A stretch of 64,000 bases of DNA from an uncultured virus (IMG/VR IMGVR_UViG_3300028025_000094). Lineage: Duplodnaviria; Heunggongvirae; Uroviricota; Caudoviricetes. The position numbers and the translations under genes were made by a program. Positions 49,848 to 59,533 of this stretch are shown piece by piece; position 1 is the first letter of the stretch, and each line of letters starts with the position of its first letter. The notes below the pieces were generated by a model that was not told the DNA's origin, did not search any database, and saw only the letters and a list, made by a program, of their open reading frames with translations. The stretch lies in IMG/VR virus record IMGVR_UViG_3300028025_000094, one strand, 5' to 3'.

Positions 49848-50837
49848 ATGAATATATTAATAACTGGTGTAGCTGGATTATTGGGATCTAGACTCGCCGA
49901 TTGGATAGTAGAAAATGTACCCGATGCATATATTGTCGGGATAGACGATCTCAGCGGCGGATATAAAGAGAATGTAAATAAGAAAGTTCATTTCTGGCAA
50001 ATGGATTTAATCAATCATCCTATAGAGAATTGCTTTGAGAATCATAGATTTGATTATGTGTTTCATTTTGCAGCCTATGCTGCGGAAGGACTCTCACCTT
50101 TTATCAGAAGTTATAACTATCAGAGCAATATTGTAGCAACCTCTAGAATTGTAAACAATTGTATTAAATATGGAGTTAAACGTCTTGTCTTTACCTCCTC
50201 AGCTGCGGTATACGGAGCTAAAAATACTGTCTTTGATGAAAATGATCAGCCAGATCCAATTGATCCGTACGGCATCGCTAAATACGCATGTGAGATGGAT
50301 ATTAGAGTTGCTGGAGAACAACATGGATTAGATTGGTGTATTATTAGACCCCATAATGTTTACGGGGCAAAACAAAATATTTGGGACAAGTATAGGAACG
50401 TTTTAGGTATCTGGATGGTCCAACACATGAATAAAGAACCCATGACGATTTACGGGGATGGCATGCAGACTAGGGCATTTAGTTATATCGATGATTCACT
50501 CGAGCCATTATGGAACTCTGCAGTTCTTCCAGAGGCATCCAAAGAGATAATAAATCTTGGAGGAATAGTTGGATATAATATGAGAGAGGCAAGTAAAGTT
50601 TTAAGGGATGTTATAGGTGCTGGTGAAATAGTTTTTCTTGAAGGAAGACACGAAGCAAAGAAATCCACTCCTACCTGGCAAAAATCAATTGATATCCTAG
50701 GCTTTGAGCATAAAACACATTTACGCACAGGATTAGAGAAAATGTGGAAATGGGCAAGCAAACAACCATTTAGGGAAAGATGGGTCTGGGATAATTACGA
50801 ATTGGATAAAGGAATATATTCATATTGGAAAAAGTAG
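49848..50837 (+). CDS. NAD-dependent nucleotide-sugar epimerase/dehydratase
   Basis: ITGVAGLLG, HFAA, TSSAAVYG, YGIAK, NVYG. Confidence 0.9.
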   Translation: MNILITGVAGLLGSRLADWIVENVPDAYIVGIDDLSGGYKENVNKKVHFWQMDLINHPIENCFENHRFDYVFHFAAYAAEGLSPFIRSYNYQSNIVATSRIVNNCIKYGVKRLVFTSSAAVYGAKNTVFDENDQPDPIDPYGIAKYACEMDIRVAGEQHGLDWCIIRPHNVYGAKQNIWDKYRNVLGIWMVQHMNKEPMTIYGDGMQTRAFSYIDDSLEPLWNSAVLPEASKEIINLGGIVGYNMREASKVLRDVIGAGEIVFLEGRHEAKKSTPTWQKSIDILGFEHKTHLRTGLEKMWKWASKQPFRERWVWDNYELDKGIYSYWKK

Positions 50838-50855
50838 GAATTTTTAAAGATCCCC

Positions 50856-50863
50856 GATATATA
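50856..50863 (+). promoter_or_regulatory. Putative late promoter GATATATA
   Basis: 14 nt upstream of 50878. Confidence 0.65.
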
Positions 50864-50877
50864 ATGGAAAAAACACT

Positions 50878-51408
50878 ATGGCACTATTAAACCTTACGGA
50901 AGAGTATAATTACAGACTGGATAATTACATTTACGATGTAACTGACCATATGGAAAAACTAAAATCATATGCTAGTCAATGCTCTCATGTTACTGAATTG
51001 GGAATTAAAAATGTAGGATCAACCCTTGCTTTTATTTCAGGACTACCTGCTAACGTTGTTAGTTATGATCAGTCTCCTATGGAAATTCAGGGTGTTGATA
51101 GAGTCGAATTGGCAGAACTTGCACTTGCTAATAATGTAACATTTACGTTTGTAGAAGAAGATCCTATCAATTCTACTATAGCTAATACGGATCTTCTATT
51201 CATTTATGATGCATTAGAATCATCTAGATTGTCACAGCATTTATCTTCACATGGTAATAAGGCATCTAAATTTATTATAGTTCCTCTTTTCTCAGTTGAT
51301 AATGAATCATTTATTAGTGCTATCAACAATTTTATAGAGGCAAATCCATCTTGGGAAATCCTAGAAAATATTGAAGGATGGTGCGGATTGGTTGTTTTAT
51401 CTAAGTAA
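50878..51408 (+). CDS. Degenerate class I methyltransferase-like protein
   Basis: CSHVTELGIKNVGSTLAF...TDLLFIYD...GLVVL. Confidence 0.5.
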   Translation: MALLNLTEEYNYRLDNYIYDVTDHMEKLKSYASQCSHVTELGIKNVGSTLAFISGLPANVVSYDQSPMEIQGVDRVELAELALANNVTFTFVEEDPINSTIANTDLLFIYDALESSRLSQHLSSHGNKASKFIIVPLFSVDNESFISAINNFIEANPSWEILENIEGWCGLVVLSK

Positions 51409-51427
51409 TCTGGTCCAGTCCTAAACG

Positions 51428-51470
51428 AAACCCTTACCCCTTTTGAGTCTAAAAGGTGTGAGGGTTTTTT
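51428..51470 (+). terminator. Terminator hairpin overlapping an ECF-like promoter (GAAAC 51427-51431, TCTAAAA 51448-51454)
   Basis: AAACCCTTAC-C-CCTTTT / AAAAGG-T-GTGAGGGTTT followed by a T run. Confidence 0.65.
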
Positions 51471-51490
51471 ATTTTACCCCTTATAAGATT

Positions 51491-53293
51491 ATGAGCAAAG
51501 CTATAAATAAAGAGATTGTAGTATTATCCGAGAAGGAACATATTAGGGCAAGGCCTACCGTTTATGTTGGATCAGTAAAACCCACTGACGAGAAAATACC
51601 CATTGTTAGAAATGGAAGAATCTATATTGATCCTAAATCCATTTCTGTTGGATTATACAAACTGTTTGATGAGGTTATAAGTAATTCTATCGACGAAGCT
51701 AAAAGAATGAAGGGTAAGATGAAATTAATTACCATCAAGGTGGACTCAAAAAAGAATTCGATTTCAATTAAGGATACGGGTAATGGATTTCATAAGGGTG
51801 CTGCTAAGCATAAAATATCAAAACTGTCCAACATTGAAACAGCGGTTTCCCAGTTAAGAGCCGGATCCAATTTTAATAATGATGATGTAGAGGAATCACT
51901 AGTCGGTACTAACGGTATGGGGGTAAGCCTTGTTAATGTGCTTTCTAAAATGTTTAAGATTGTTACAGTTAATGAGACACATTGCTATGAGCAGATCTGG
52001 AATGATTATGAAAGAACAGAGCCTAAAATTAAACCAAGCGACGGCTTGCAAAAAGGAACTGAGATATCTTTTGAACCACTATCTGAAATTTTTGGTAGAA
52101 CCAAATGGGACAAGGATATTCTTTCTACTGATATAGCATTCAAAAAAAGATTAATTAAAAAAGACCCGATCATTAAAAATTTAGATATTGAATTTTATTG
52201 GGACGAACAGAAGGTAAATCTTGATATAAATTTCTTTCCTAATGAGTGTTTTGCAATTGAAACACCCATCGGTGAGGTTATTGTTTGGGAGAAGTTCGAA
52301 GGCGGAGGTCCGGTTAGTTTTGTTAACTCTGCAATGTGTTCAGGCATTCATCAGAGAATAATTAACGAATGTATTAATACTAAATTGGACGATACCCTAG
52401 GTCATCATTTTTATGACACATTCATCTCTTTGAATCTCCCGCCAAAGTTGGTTAAGTTCGGCGATCAGAATAAAACTAGATTTGTTACCCCGAGAGAGGA
52501 TGTTGAGGGAACAATCTCTAGGAACGTTGTTAATAAAATGCAGGCATTTTTCAAAACCCAACTTTTTCAGAACATATTGAAAAAGGTGGAGGAAAGAAGA
52601 AATGATGGACACATTAAAAAACTAAGAGCAGAAAAAAAGAAGGTAAACGTCAAACAGTCTCACAAGTATTTTCCTGCATCTAAATCGAGTGCAGAGAATT
52701 TATTTATAGTGGAGGGACTTTCAGCAATGGGATCTATCCTACAAAAAAGAGATCCGCAGAACGACGGGGTCTATGCTTTGAAGGGTAAGATTAAAAACTG
52801 TAGAACCCTTAGTGATTTGTCCGAAAATAAAGAGATCCTGGAAATGATGCAGATCCTCAATTTAGACCCTACTGTAAAAAATGCACTTACCATATCAAGT
52901 TACAAAAGAGTTGTAATAGCTACTGATCCGGATCCTGACGGAGCACACATCACTTCCTTATTGATAAATTTATTCTATAAATGGTTTCCCTTTGTGATAG
53001 TCAACGGACAGCTAATGATCCTTAAAACCCCACTAGTAACCATAGGCGACGGAAAGAGAAGAAAATACTTCTTCGATATGGATGAGTTCAAGGCATCCAA
53101 ATCCAGCAATGTCGGGATCAGATATCTTAAGGGATTAGGGTCCTTATCCCTAGAAGATTGGGAATTTGTCATGAGTAACAAAAGACTTCTGGCCATATCT
53201 GCACCTAGTAAATCTAAGGAGTTTTTGGAGATGGCTTTTGGCGATTCTGCCGATTTGCGAAAAAAATGGCTAGCAGGAACTACTGTGCTTTAG
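51491..53293 (+). CDS. Type II DNA topoisomerase ATPase+TOPRIM subunit (GyrB-like; T4 gp39+gp60-like)
   Basis: EHIRARPTVYVGS, DEVISNSIDE, GTNGMG, IVEGLSA, TDPDPDGAHI, YLKGLGS; ATG at 51491. Confidence 0.92.
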   Translation: MSKAINKEIVVLSEKEHIRARPTVYVGSVKPTDEKIPIVRNGRIYIDPKSISVGLYKLFDEVISNSIDEAKRMKGKMKLITIKVDSKKNSISIKDTGNGFHKGAAKHKISKLSNIETAVSQLRAGSNFNNDDVEESLVGTNGMGVSLVNVLSKMFKIVTVNETHCYEQIWNDYERTEPKIKPSDGLQKGTEISFEPLSEIFGRTKWDKDILSTDIAFKKRLIKKDPIIKNLDIEFYWDEQKVNLDINFFPNECFAIETPIGEVIVWEKFEGGGPVSFVNSAMCSGIHQRIINECINTKLDDTLGHHFYDTFISLNLPPKLVKFGDQNKTRFVTPREDVEGTISRNVVNKMQAFFKTQLFQNILKKVEERRNDGHIKKLRAEKKKVNVKQSHKYFPASKSSAENLFIVEGLSAMGSILQKRDPQNDGVYALKGKIKNCRTLSDLSENKEILEMMQILNLDPTVKNALTISSYKRVVIATDPDPDGAHITSLLINLFYKWFPFVIVNGQLMILKTPLVTIGDGKRRKYFFDMDEFKASKSSNVGIRYLKGLGSLSLEDWEFVMSNKRLLAISAPSKSKEFLEMAFGDSADLRKKWLAGTTVL

Positions 53294-53299
53294 AAATTT

Positions 53300-53307
53300 G
53301 ATATATA
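53300..53307 (+). promoter_or_regulatory. Putative late promoter GATATATA (near-leaderless transcript)
   Basis: 4 nt upstream of ATG 53312. Confidence 0.55.
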
Positions 53308-53311
53308 CAGT

Positions 53312-54058
53312 ATGATTTTAAGAATTTCTGACTATTTATTAGAACAGGACGAGGTTAACGTTGAAACCCCGCAAAAAAAATCCCGTCTGGGCAAGTTAAA
53401 GATCAGTTGGGTAGAACCAGATCTTGCCGAGGAGATTCAGCACTACACGGATGCCGTAAGGACTGAATTCTACCAACATAATATCGACATTACAAACGCT
53501 GATATTAGTAAATCTAAAGCCCCATCTACCAAGTTCTATAAGTATATTTCCCAGCCTTTTAAAAGGGGTAAAATGGAAGATCTTCCTCTTTATTCGGAAG
53601 ATGAATTTCAAGTAACCAAAATACAAAATTTGGATTCGTACGAATACGAGAATATCGTAGCAGGTGCATATGGTAGAGGTTACGGCGATGTTATGAAAAA
53701 AGTTGCAGAAGATCTTAAAAGCAGTGGTAAGCTTACCCTGCCTGCTCCTATAGTTATTAGATTCATTAACTTTGGTGAAACCAGAAGAAAAGGAGAAGCT
53801 TCTTATTATCTTTTCTCGGGTAACAGAAGAATTAACCTCGCTCTTTATTACGGTTTACCTATTAAAGTTTGGGTGGTAGATCTTATCCCATCAAGAAGGG
53901 ACGTTAGAGATTTCGCAGAAAAAAGCGGAATTCTTAAAAAGGGTGATGAATTTTTTAAAGATTTCCTAACCAAGAGAACCGGTAAAGACAATCTTGATAG
54001 CCTGACTGCTAGAGAAAGATTTAATGTTATCCAGTCAATCAAAAATTTTGACGAGTAG
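53312..54058 (+). CDS. ParB/Srx-like domain protein with capsid-targeting-like N-terminus
   Basis: PAPIVI...YYLFSGNRRI...IKVWVV; MILRISDYLLEQ. Confidence 0.55.
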   Translation: MILRISDYLLEQDEVNVETPQKKSRLGKLKISWVEPDLAEEIQHYTDAVRTEFYQHNIDITNADISKSKAPSTKFYKYISQPFKRGKMEDLPLYSEDEFQVTKIQNLDSYEYENIVAGAYGRGYGDVMKKVAEDLKSSGKLTLPAPIVIRFINFGETRRKGEASYYLFSGNRRINLALYYGLPIKVWVVDLIPSRRDVRDFAEKSGILKKGDEFFKDFLTKRTGKDNLDSLTARERFNVIQSIKNFDE

Positions 54059-54112
54059 GCTTCGTTTTTAATCCCCGAATTTTTATTGTACATTGCACTA
54101 AAATAAGAGAGC

Positions 54113-55018
54113 ATGTCAAAGAACCGTTTAGGATATTGTTGTATTAATCTTACCCTAGGAGAGCGAGGAATCACCACCAATAGGGGAATGGTTAAAAGAA
54201 CTTTTTTAGAAAAGGGTCTTCCCTATGTCAGTGAGCTTTCCCTCAAAAATGTACAGGATCTTGTAAAGGTTATAGAATGGAATAATCTAAACGGAATCGA
54301 AATGTATCGAATGTCATCGGATCTTTTTCCATGGTGCTCAGAATACGAATTTTCGGATCTTCCTGATTTTGAAGAAATTAAAAGTACACTAGAAGAAGCC
54401 GGTAAAAAAGCAATGACCGGAAATCAAAGAATAACATTTCATCCTTCACCATATTCAGTTCTTGCCTCACAGAATCCTTCAGTAGTTCAAAATGCTATCA
54501 AGGAGTTAAGACAACATGCGGAGATAATGGATCTTATGAATTTTCCAATATCCCACTTCTATCCTATAAACGTTCACGTGAATACAGCTAAGCCTACTAA
54601 GCAAGATGCAGCAGATAGATTTTGTGAGGGTTTTAATCTTTTGCCTGATAACGTGAAAGGGAGATTGGTTCTTGAAAATGATGACAAAAAAGCAGCATTC
54701 ACACCGACTGATTTATACGATTTGATACATACTAGAATAAACATTCCGATTACTTTTGATTTTCATCATTTTAAATGTAACCCGGATTTATTAACCGAAC
54801 AACAAGCATTGGTTCTATGTTTAAGTACCTGGGGAGAAGTGGAAGGTTTAACACATTATTCAGATTCAAGAAGAATGTACGAGGACTCTTCTGCGAAAGA
54901 CGTTGCTCATTCTGATTGGATATACAATAGAATTAATACCTATGATCTTAATTTCTCTATTGAACTAGAAGTTAAGATGAAGGAGAAAGCATTAATAAAA
55001 TTTTTAGAACTTGTATGA
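54113..55018 (+). CDS. uvsE: UV-damage endonuclease
   Basis: RLGYCCIN, YRMSSDLFP, TFHP, LENDD, FDFHH, HYS, AHSD, EVKMKEKA. Confidence 0.92.
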   Translation: MSKNRLGYCCINLTLGERGITTNRGMVKRTFLEKGLPYVSELSLKNVQDLVKVIEWNNLNGIEMYRMSSDLFPWCSEYEFSDLPDFEEIKSTLEEAGKKAMTGNQRITFHPSPYSVLASQNPSVVQNAIKELRQHAEIMDLMNFPISHFYPINVHVNTAKPTKQDAADRFCEGFNLLPDNVKGRLVLENDDKKAAFTPTDLYDLIHTRINIPITFDFHHFKCNPDLLTEQQALVLCLSTWGEVEGLTHYSDSRRMYEDSSAKDVAHSDWIYNRINTYDLNFSIELEVKMKEKALIKFLELV

Positions 55019-55233
55019 GTGACGAAATCGAAATAGAACTTGGAGAATCATCCACAGATAATTGGTCAATAGATCAAATAATCACCTCCGAAATAATCTA
55101 CGGGGGATTAATAGAAAGCTACGGCCAACCAGCGGTAGATGCTGTTATTGAAAAACTAGAAATTCATAAAAATGATCTAGGCTTAGAGAATAACACAGGA
55201 ATAATATTACGGATCCTAAATGGGGAAGTATAA
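55015..55233 (+). CDS. Hypothetical protein
   Basis: 72 aa, ATGA-coupled to uvsE. Confidence 0.6.
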   Translation: MSDEIEIELGESSTDNWSIDQIITSEIIYGGLIESYGQPAVDAVIEKLEIHKNDLGLENNTGIILRILNGEV

Positions 55234-55402
55234 GAAAAACCCAATTATAATTTTTATTTATGCAATAGCGGAGATACTCTCCCTTTTTGCTGTGGGGATG
55301 GGAACCCTAATAGTTTTAATCTTAAGCGGTATATTTCTCGGTGCACTTCACGTCAGAAACCTATTTAGAAAGAAGTTTGGGAAATATAATAAGAGACCTT
55401 AA
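55220..55402 (+). CDS. Small membrane protein
   Basis: Long hydrophobic stretch flanked by basic residues; stop overlaps the dnaJ start. Confidence 0.55.
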   Translation: MGKYKKNPIIIFIYAIAEILSLFAVGMGTLIVLILSGIFLGALHVRNLFRKKFGKYNKRP

Positions 55403-56439
55403 TGAATAAGGATTACTACAAGATTTTAGGGGTAGAAAGAAATGCAACTAAAGAAGATATCAAGAAAGCATACAGAAAGCTTGCTGTCCAACACCACCCA
55501 GACAAAAATCCAGGGAACAAGGAATCTGAAGCTAAATTTAAAGAACTAGCAGAGGCGTACGGAACCCTTTCTGATGATCAGAAAAGATCCAAGTATGATA
55601 CTGGAGGATCTTTTTTCCAAAGCGCAGGATTTAATCCCTTTGGTAATTATCCTCAAAGTGATTTTTGGGATGATATCTTCGCCAAGAGAAGTCAGAATAA
55701 AAAAGGTCAAAATCTATTTGTCAACGTGCCTCTTACAATTCAAGAAATGTATCTTGGTGCGAAGAGAACCATTAATTCAAGAAAGTATAAGAAGTGTAAT
55801 TCGTGTGAGGGTAACGGATCTTTAGATGGAAAATCTTTTCAAACCTGTTACAACTGTAAAGGAACAGGAAGCACACAAAGTACTAGATTTCAACAATTTT
55901 CGCAGATAACAACAAGTTCTCAGTGCGAACAGTGCCACGGAGTAGGCAAAATGATTCTTGAGGTCTGCGAAGGATGTTATGGTAAAGGAGCGATAGTTTT
56001 CGAAGAAGAGATTGATATAGATATTCCGGTAGGGACTCTTCCGGGAATGCAAATTAGTATTAGTGGAAAGGGTAACGAAGAACCCGGTGCAACTTTTCCT
56101 GGGGATCTTCTAGTCAACATCAAAGAGGTTGGTGATAATTACTACGAAAGACAGGGAACCAATATTAAGGTTGTTAAGGAGATATCTTTCTTTGATGCGT
56201 GCATCGGTACTAATATTGACATTAAGCTTCCTCTGGGTGAGATTGTTTCCGTTCTCGTTGAACCCGGTACTTCCCACGGAACTATTCTTCAGTTACAGGG
56301 AAAGGGACTCTATGAATTTTCTATGGGATCTAAAGGAGATTTTCTGATAGAAATACATATAAAAGTACCTAAACCAAGAAACTCCCAAGATATAGAAGAT
56401 CTAAAAGAGATAAGTAAAAAAGAAATATTTAATTTATGA
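55402..56439 (+). CDS. dnaJ: DnaJ co-chaperone (J domain + CxxCxGxG zinc finger + C-terminal domain)
   Basis: [13 protein letters not shown], four CxxCxGxG repeats. Confidence 0.93.
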   Translation: MNKDYYKILGVERNATKEDIKKAYRKLAVQHHPDKNPGNKESEAKFKELAEAYGTLSDDQKRSKYDTGGSFFQSAGFNPFGNYPQSDFWDDIFAKRSQNKKGQNLFVNVPLTIQEMYLGAKRTINSRKYKKCNSCEGNGSLDGKSFQTCYNCKGTGSTQSTRFQQFSQITTSSQCEQCHGVGKMILEVCEGCYGKGAIVFEEEIDIDIPVGTLPGMQISISGKGNEEPGATFPGDLLVNIKEVGDNYYERQGTNIKVVKEISFFDACIGTNIDIKLPLGEIVSVLVEPGTSHGTILQLQGKGLYEFSMGSKGDFLIEIHIKVPKPRNSQDIEDLKEISKKEIFNL

Positions 56440-56729
56440 GTGTACTAATTTTTATACTAGCATGTTGGGGATTAACTCACATTCTAGTAGTAGGAACTAT
56501 CTTTGATTCCCCTAGGGATTGGATTACCATTAAAAGTGGATTTCTAGGTAAGATGCTAGCATGCCACCAATGCTGCTCCTTCTGGGTCGGTATGGCCATG
56601 TATTTTGTTATGAACGGACTTCCAGATCTTTTTATATGGGGATTTGATTTCTTCTTCTGGGGCCTTATTTCATCAGGAGCTATATGTTTACTGAAAGCCC
56701 TTAATTATTATTTATTTTCTTTCAAGTAA
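56436..56729 (+). CDS. DUF1360-like small membrane protein
   Basis: IFDSPR...[13 protein letters not shown] with transmembrane helices. Confidence 0.55.
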   Translation: MSVLIFILACWGLTHILVVGTIFDSPRDWITIKSGFLGKMLACHQCCSFWVGMAMYFVMNGLPDLFIWGFDFFFWGLISSGAICLLKALNYYLFSFK

Positions 56730-56732
56730 TAG

Positions 56733-56740
56733 GATAAATA
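56733..56740 (+). promoter_or_regulatory. Putative late promoter GATAAATA
   Basis: 18 nt upstream of 56759. Confidence 0.6.
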
Positions 56741-56758
56741 GATCATAAAGAAATTAAT

Positions 56759-57967
56759 ATGAAAAAAAGAATTTATAGCTTTTCTGAGTATATCACAGAA
56801 CAAGAGGGTGTAACTGCTGAAAATCCAGATCTTGCTAAATCAACATTTAATAAGCTAGATGCTGGAGGGATGGCTTCCGCAATGCTACAAAGTGCAATGG
56901 ATAAATTCGGGATAAAAGATAATGACTATTCCAAGATTGCAGAAACACCAGAAACTAAAGCATCAAAGCCTTATGTTGCATGCGGTACTGCTCCTTATAC
57001 TTTTGTTCCAGTAGAAGCGACAAACAGGCAAATACTAGAAGATCTATTTAAGGACCCAAAAGGAAGGCTTTCTAAAGACGTTAAATACGCTCAAATTAAT
57101 AAGCTTGCAAACGATCCTAATAATAATAAATTATTTCTGATTGGGGTAAGAGAAACGCTAGAGACCAAAAAAAGAGAAGGAGACAAATTTACAGATAAAA
57201 TGATCGTGGTGAATCCACTGAAACCCGACGAAAAAGTAGCTTCTTATCAGATCACGACAACACCTTCATTAGCATACTATTCAGATCCGGAAAGAATGGT
57301 AAATCCACAGGGAACTGCTATTATGGAACCTGGGGTAAGTAAGTATAAAATAGGAATCCATAAAAAAGGATCTCCAACTCAGCACGAAGCATTAGTTCAA
57401 TCCGGTAGTATGGACGTTCAAAGATATAAGCCAACCGTAAAAGAATTTGATAGCTATGAACCAGGCGAGAAAGAATCCGGGGATGATTTCGGGATTAATA
57501 TCCACAGATCTTCAACAGAAAGAGGAGTTTGTGTTGGACCATATTCTGCAGGATGTCAAGTATTTGCGGACGGAACTGATTTTGCTAATTTCATGTCTAT
57601 CTTAAAGGGGGCAACTGCTAATGGCGGAGAATTTTTATATGCTTTAGTTGAGAATGATAATCTAGCATCTAAAACAGAAAGCACATCTGATGAATCTGAT
57701 GACAAAGAAGGAAATGACGGTGGAGAGGGAAGCGGAGAAGTTAATACCGAGCAATTTGAAGACGTTGCAGGTCAAATCCGAGCAGAACTTGATAAAACAA
57801 ATTCTGACGAGGATAAATTAATTCAAATTTATAATGAGCTTGTTACCAGTGCTAGTATAGCATCCAAATTTGCTGCCTTTTACCAGGAGACATATAATGT
57901 TAATGTTATAGAAGATCTTGATAATGCTTTAAGTGGATCGGAGCTTAAACAGCTTAAGTACCAATAA
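56759..57967 (+). CDS. Putative virion-packaged protein: L,D-transpeptidase-like His/Cys domain + C-terminal annexin-like repeat
   Basis: MKKRIYSFSEYITEQ; GINIHR...YSAGCQV; NSDEDKLIQIY...YQETYNVNVIEDLDNALSG. Confidence 0.55.
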   Translation: MKKRIYSFSEYITEQEGVTAENPDLAKSTFNKLDAGGMASAMLQSAMDKFGIKDNDYSKIAETPETKASKPYVACGTAPYTFVPVEATNRQILEDLFKDPKGRLSKDVKYAQINKLANDPNNNKLFLIGVRETLETKKREGDKFTDKMIVVNPLKPDEKVASYQITTTPSLAYYSDPERMVNPQGTAIMEPGVSKYKIGIHKKGSPTQHEALVQSGSMDVQRYKPTVKEFDSYEPGEKESGDDFGINIHRSSTERGVCVGPYSAGCQVFADGTDFANFMSILKGATANGGEFLYALVENDNLASKTESTSDESDDKEGNDGGEGSGEVNTEQFEDVAGQIRAELDKTNSDEDKLIQIYNELVTSASIASKFAAFYQETYNVNVIEDLDNALSGSELKQLKYQ

Positions 57968-57985
57968 TAACCCATCACTAATATT

Positions 57986-58013
57986 AAAAAGAGGTCTAAA
58001 AACCTCTTTTTTT
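57986..58013 (+). terminator. Intrinsic terminator
   Basis: AAAAAGAGGT-CTAAAA-ACCTCTTTTT plus TT. Confidence 0.85.
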
Positions 58014-58015
58014 GT

Positions 58016-58042
58016 GGAATTTTATTTACTTTACGTCTAAGA
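58016..58042 (+). promoter_or_regulatory. Putative ECF-like promoter GGAAT-N15-TCTAAGA
   Basis: Bipartite motif upstream of 58064. Confidence 0.5.
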
Positions 58043-58063
58043 TTGTAACAAGAAAGCAATTAA

Positions 58064-59503
58064 ATGAGTCTAGACAAAAACACAGCGATTACCATACCGG
58101 AGCAAATAGATCAGGATTATAGGAAGTATGCACTATATGTCATACAGAGTAGGGGGATCCCAAATTTTTATGATTGTCTAACACCGGTTCAGAGATTGAT
58201 TCTTCAAAAAGCACCTACCTCTTTTAGTAAAACCATTGGAGTTGTAGGAGAAGTTTTCAGGACGCAATTATATCACCACGGCGATGCATCTTTATCTTCT
58301 GCTATTTCTAAACTAGCCAGGCCTTTCGGGTGTTCAGATTTGATTATGGAGGGAGATGGATTTTTTGGTACCCCCGTTAACCCATCACCATCTGCACCAA
58401 GATATACCTCAGTTAGAATTGCATCTAAGTATAAGTCTATTATAGACGTTCATAAGGATTTGAACGTGGAAAATGAGGAGGGCGGATTTGATTGGCTGCA
58501 CGTCACTCATCCGATTGGATTATCAACACATATAGTTGGTATTGCAGTTGGTTATAGATCAAACATATTACCAAGAAAGTATGAGGATATTGTTGCATAC
58601 CTGGGTGGGGACACAAACAGAAAGCTAAAGCCTTATTTTAGAGGATTCAAAGGAAAAGTATCTAAGGTTGATTCCCTAAGATCTGCATGGCTTATAGAGG
58701 GAGGATTTGAATCTGACGTTAAGACAAAGACCATGCAAATTTCTAATCTTTCTCCTCTAAGCAGATATGATTCCTTTGTCGATAAATTAAATAAGATCCT
58801 GGGTAATTCAGGAATTGATTATAAGCTGGATAACAAATCTAGGGAAGAGGTAGAGATAACACTAAGACTAAGGTGCTCTGATCAGGAATTTTCTGATCTG
58901 TCTGCCCGAATTAAAAGGGAAACCCAGCACATCGTGACTGAGAACATAGTACTCGTAAAAGACGGTGCTGTTTTAGATTATTCTTCTGTTGAGGAATATC
59001 TGGATCAATTCAAAGTTCATATGGAAGAAGTTCTTCTTCGCCGATTGCTAAAGGATTCTTTCTATAATGACAGAGAATTGGAATTCCTAGAAGCTAAACT
59101 TAAGTTTCTTATCTTCATGTCACAGAAGAAAAGAAACAATGAAGAAATTATAGAATTCTTAAAACAGTTCGTCCAGTGGATCAAAAATAGATTGGAATCA
59201 ATTCAATTGATAAAACTTTCTAGCAATGAAATAGAACTGACCAAGCAAAAGATTATAGAGGCAAAACAAAAGGCTAAGGATATTAGAAAAGCAATCAAGG
59301 ATCAGGAAATTATATGTAAGAAGGTTGCTAAGGATTGGGCAAGAAATACAAAGAAAACAACAAAGCAATCTTCGCTTCTTGTTGGAGGCAGTGAAGGATC
59401 ATACAATGGAATTCAAATTTGGAATCCAGAGGAGTATTTAGAAAAAGAGGAAATTACAGAAAATGGGGAAGCTGATGAGGATAATGAAGAAACTAAATCT
59501 TAA
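58064..59503 (+). CDS. Type II DNA topoisomerase breakage-reunion subunit (GyrA/ParC-like; T4 gp52-like)
   Basis: YALYVIQSRGIP..DCLTPVQR, YHHGDAS, GFFG, APRYT catalytic Tyr, GIAVG. Confidence 0.92.
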   Translation: MSLDKNTAITIPEQIDQDYRKYALYVIQSRGIPNFYDCLTPVQRLILQKAPTSFSKTIGVVGEVFRTQLYHHGDASLSSAISKLARPFGCSDLIMEGDGFFGTPVNPSPSAPRYTSVRIASKYKSIIDVHKDLNVENEEGGFDWLHVTHPIGLSTHIVGIAVGYRSNILPRKYEDIVAYLGGDTNRKLKPYFRGFKGKVSKVDSLRSAWLIEGGFESDVKTKTMQISNLSPLSRYDSFVDKLNKILGNSGIDYKLDNKSREEVEITLRLRCSDQEFSDLSARIKRETQHIVTENIVLVKDGAVLDYSSVEEYLDQFKVHMEEVLLRRLLKDSFYNDRELEFLEAKLKFLIFMSQKKRNNEEIIEFLKQFVQWIKNRLESIQLIKLSSNEIELTKQKIIEAKQKAKDIRKAIKDQEIICKKVAKDWARNTKKTTKQSSLLVGGSEGSYNGIQIWNPEEYLEKEEITENGEADEDNEETKS

Positions 59504-59515
59504 TAACATCTAAAA
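59489..59515 (+). promoter_or_regulatory. Putative ECF-like promoter GAAAC-N15-TCTAAAA
   Basis: Same boxes and spacing as 23089. Confidence 0.6.
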
Positions 59516-59533
59516 TATTAACAATTAACATAA

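Noticed and set aside
51443..51490. ORF-track N-terminal extensions (51443, 37521, 41248, 47653, 49384)
   Set aside because: They overlap promoter/terminator elements or upstream genes, or use a weaker start just before an ATG. Downstream starts (51491, 37542, 41287, 47662, 49426) fit better.
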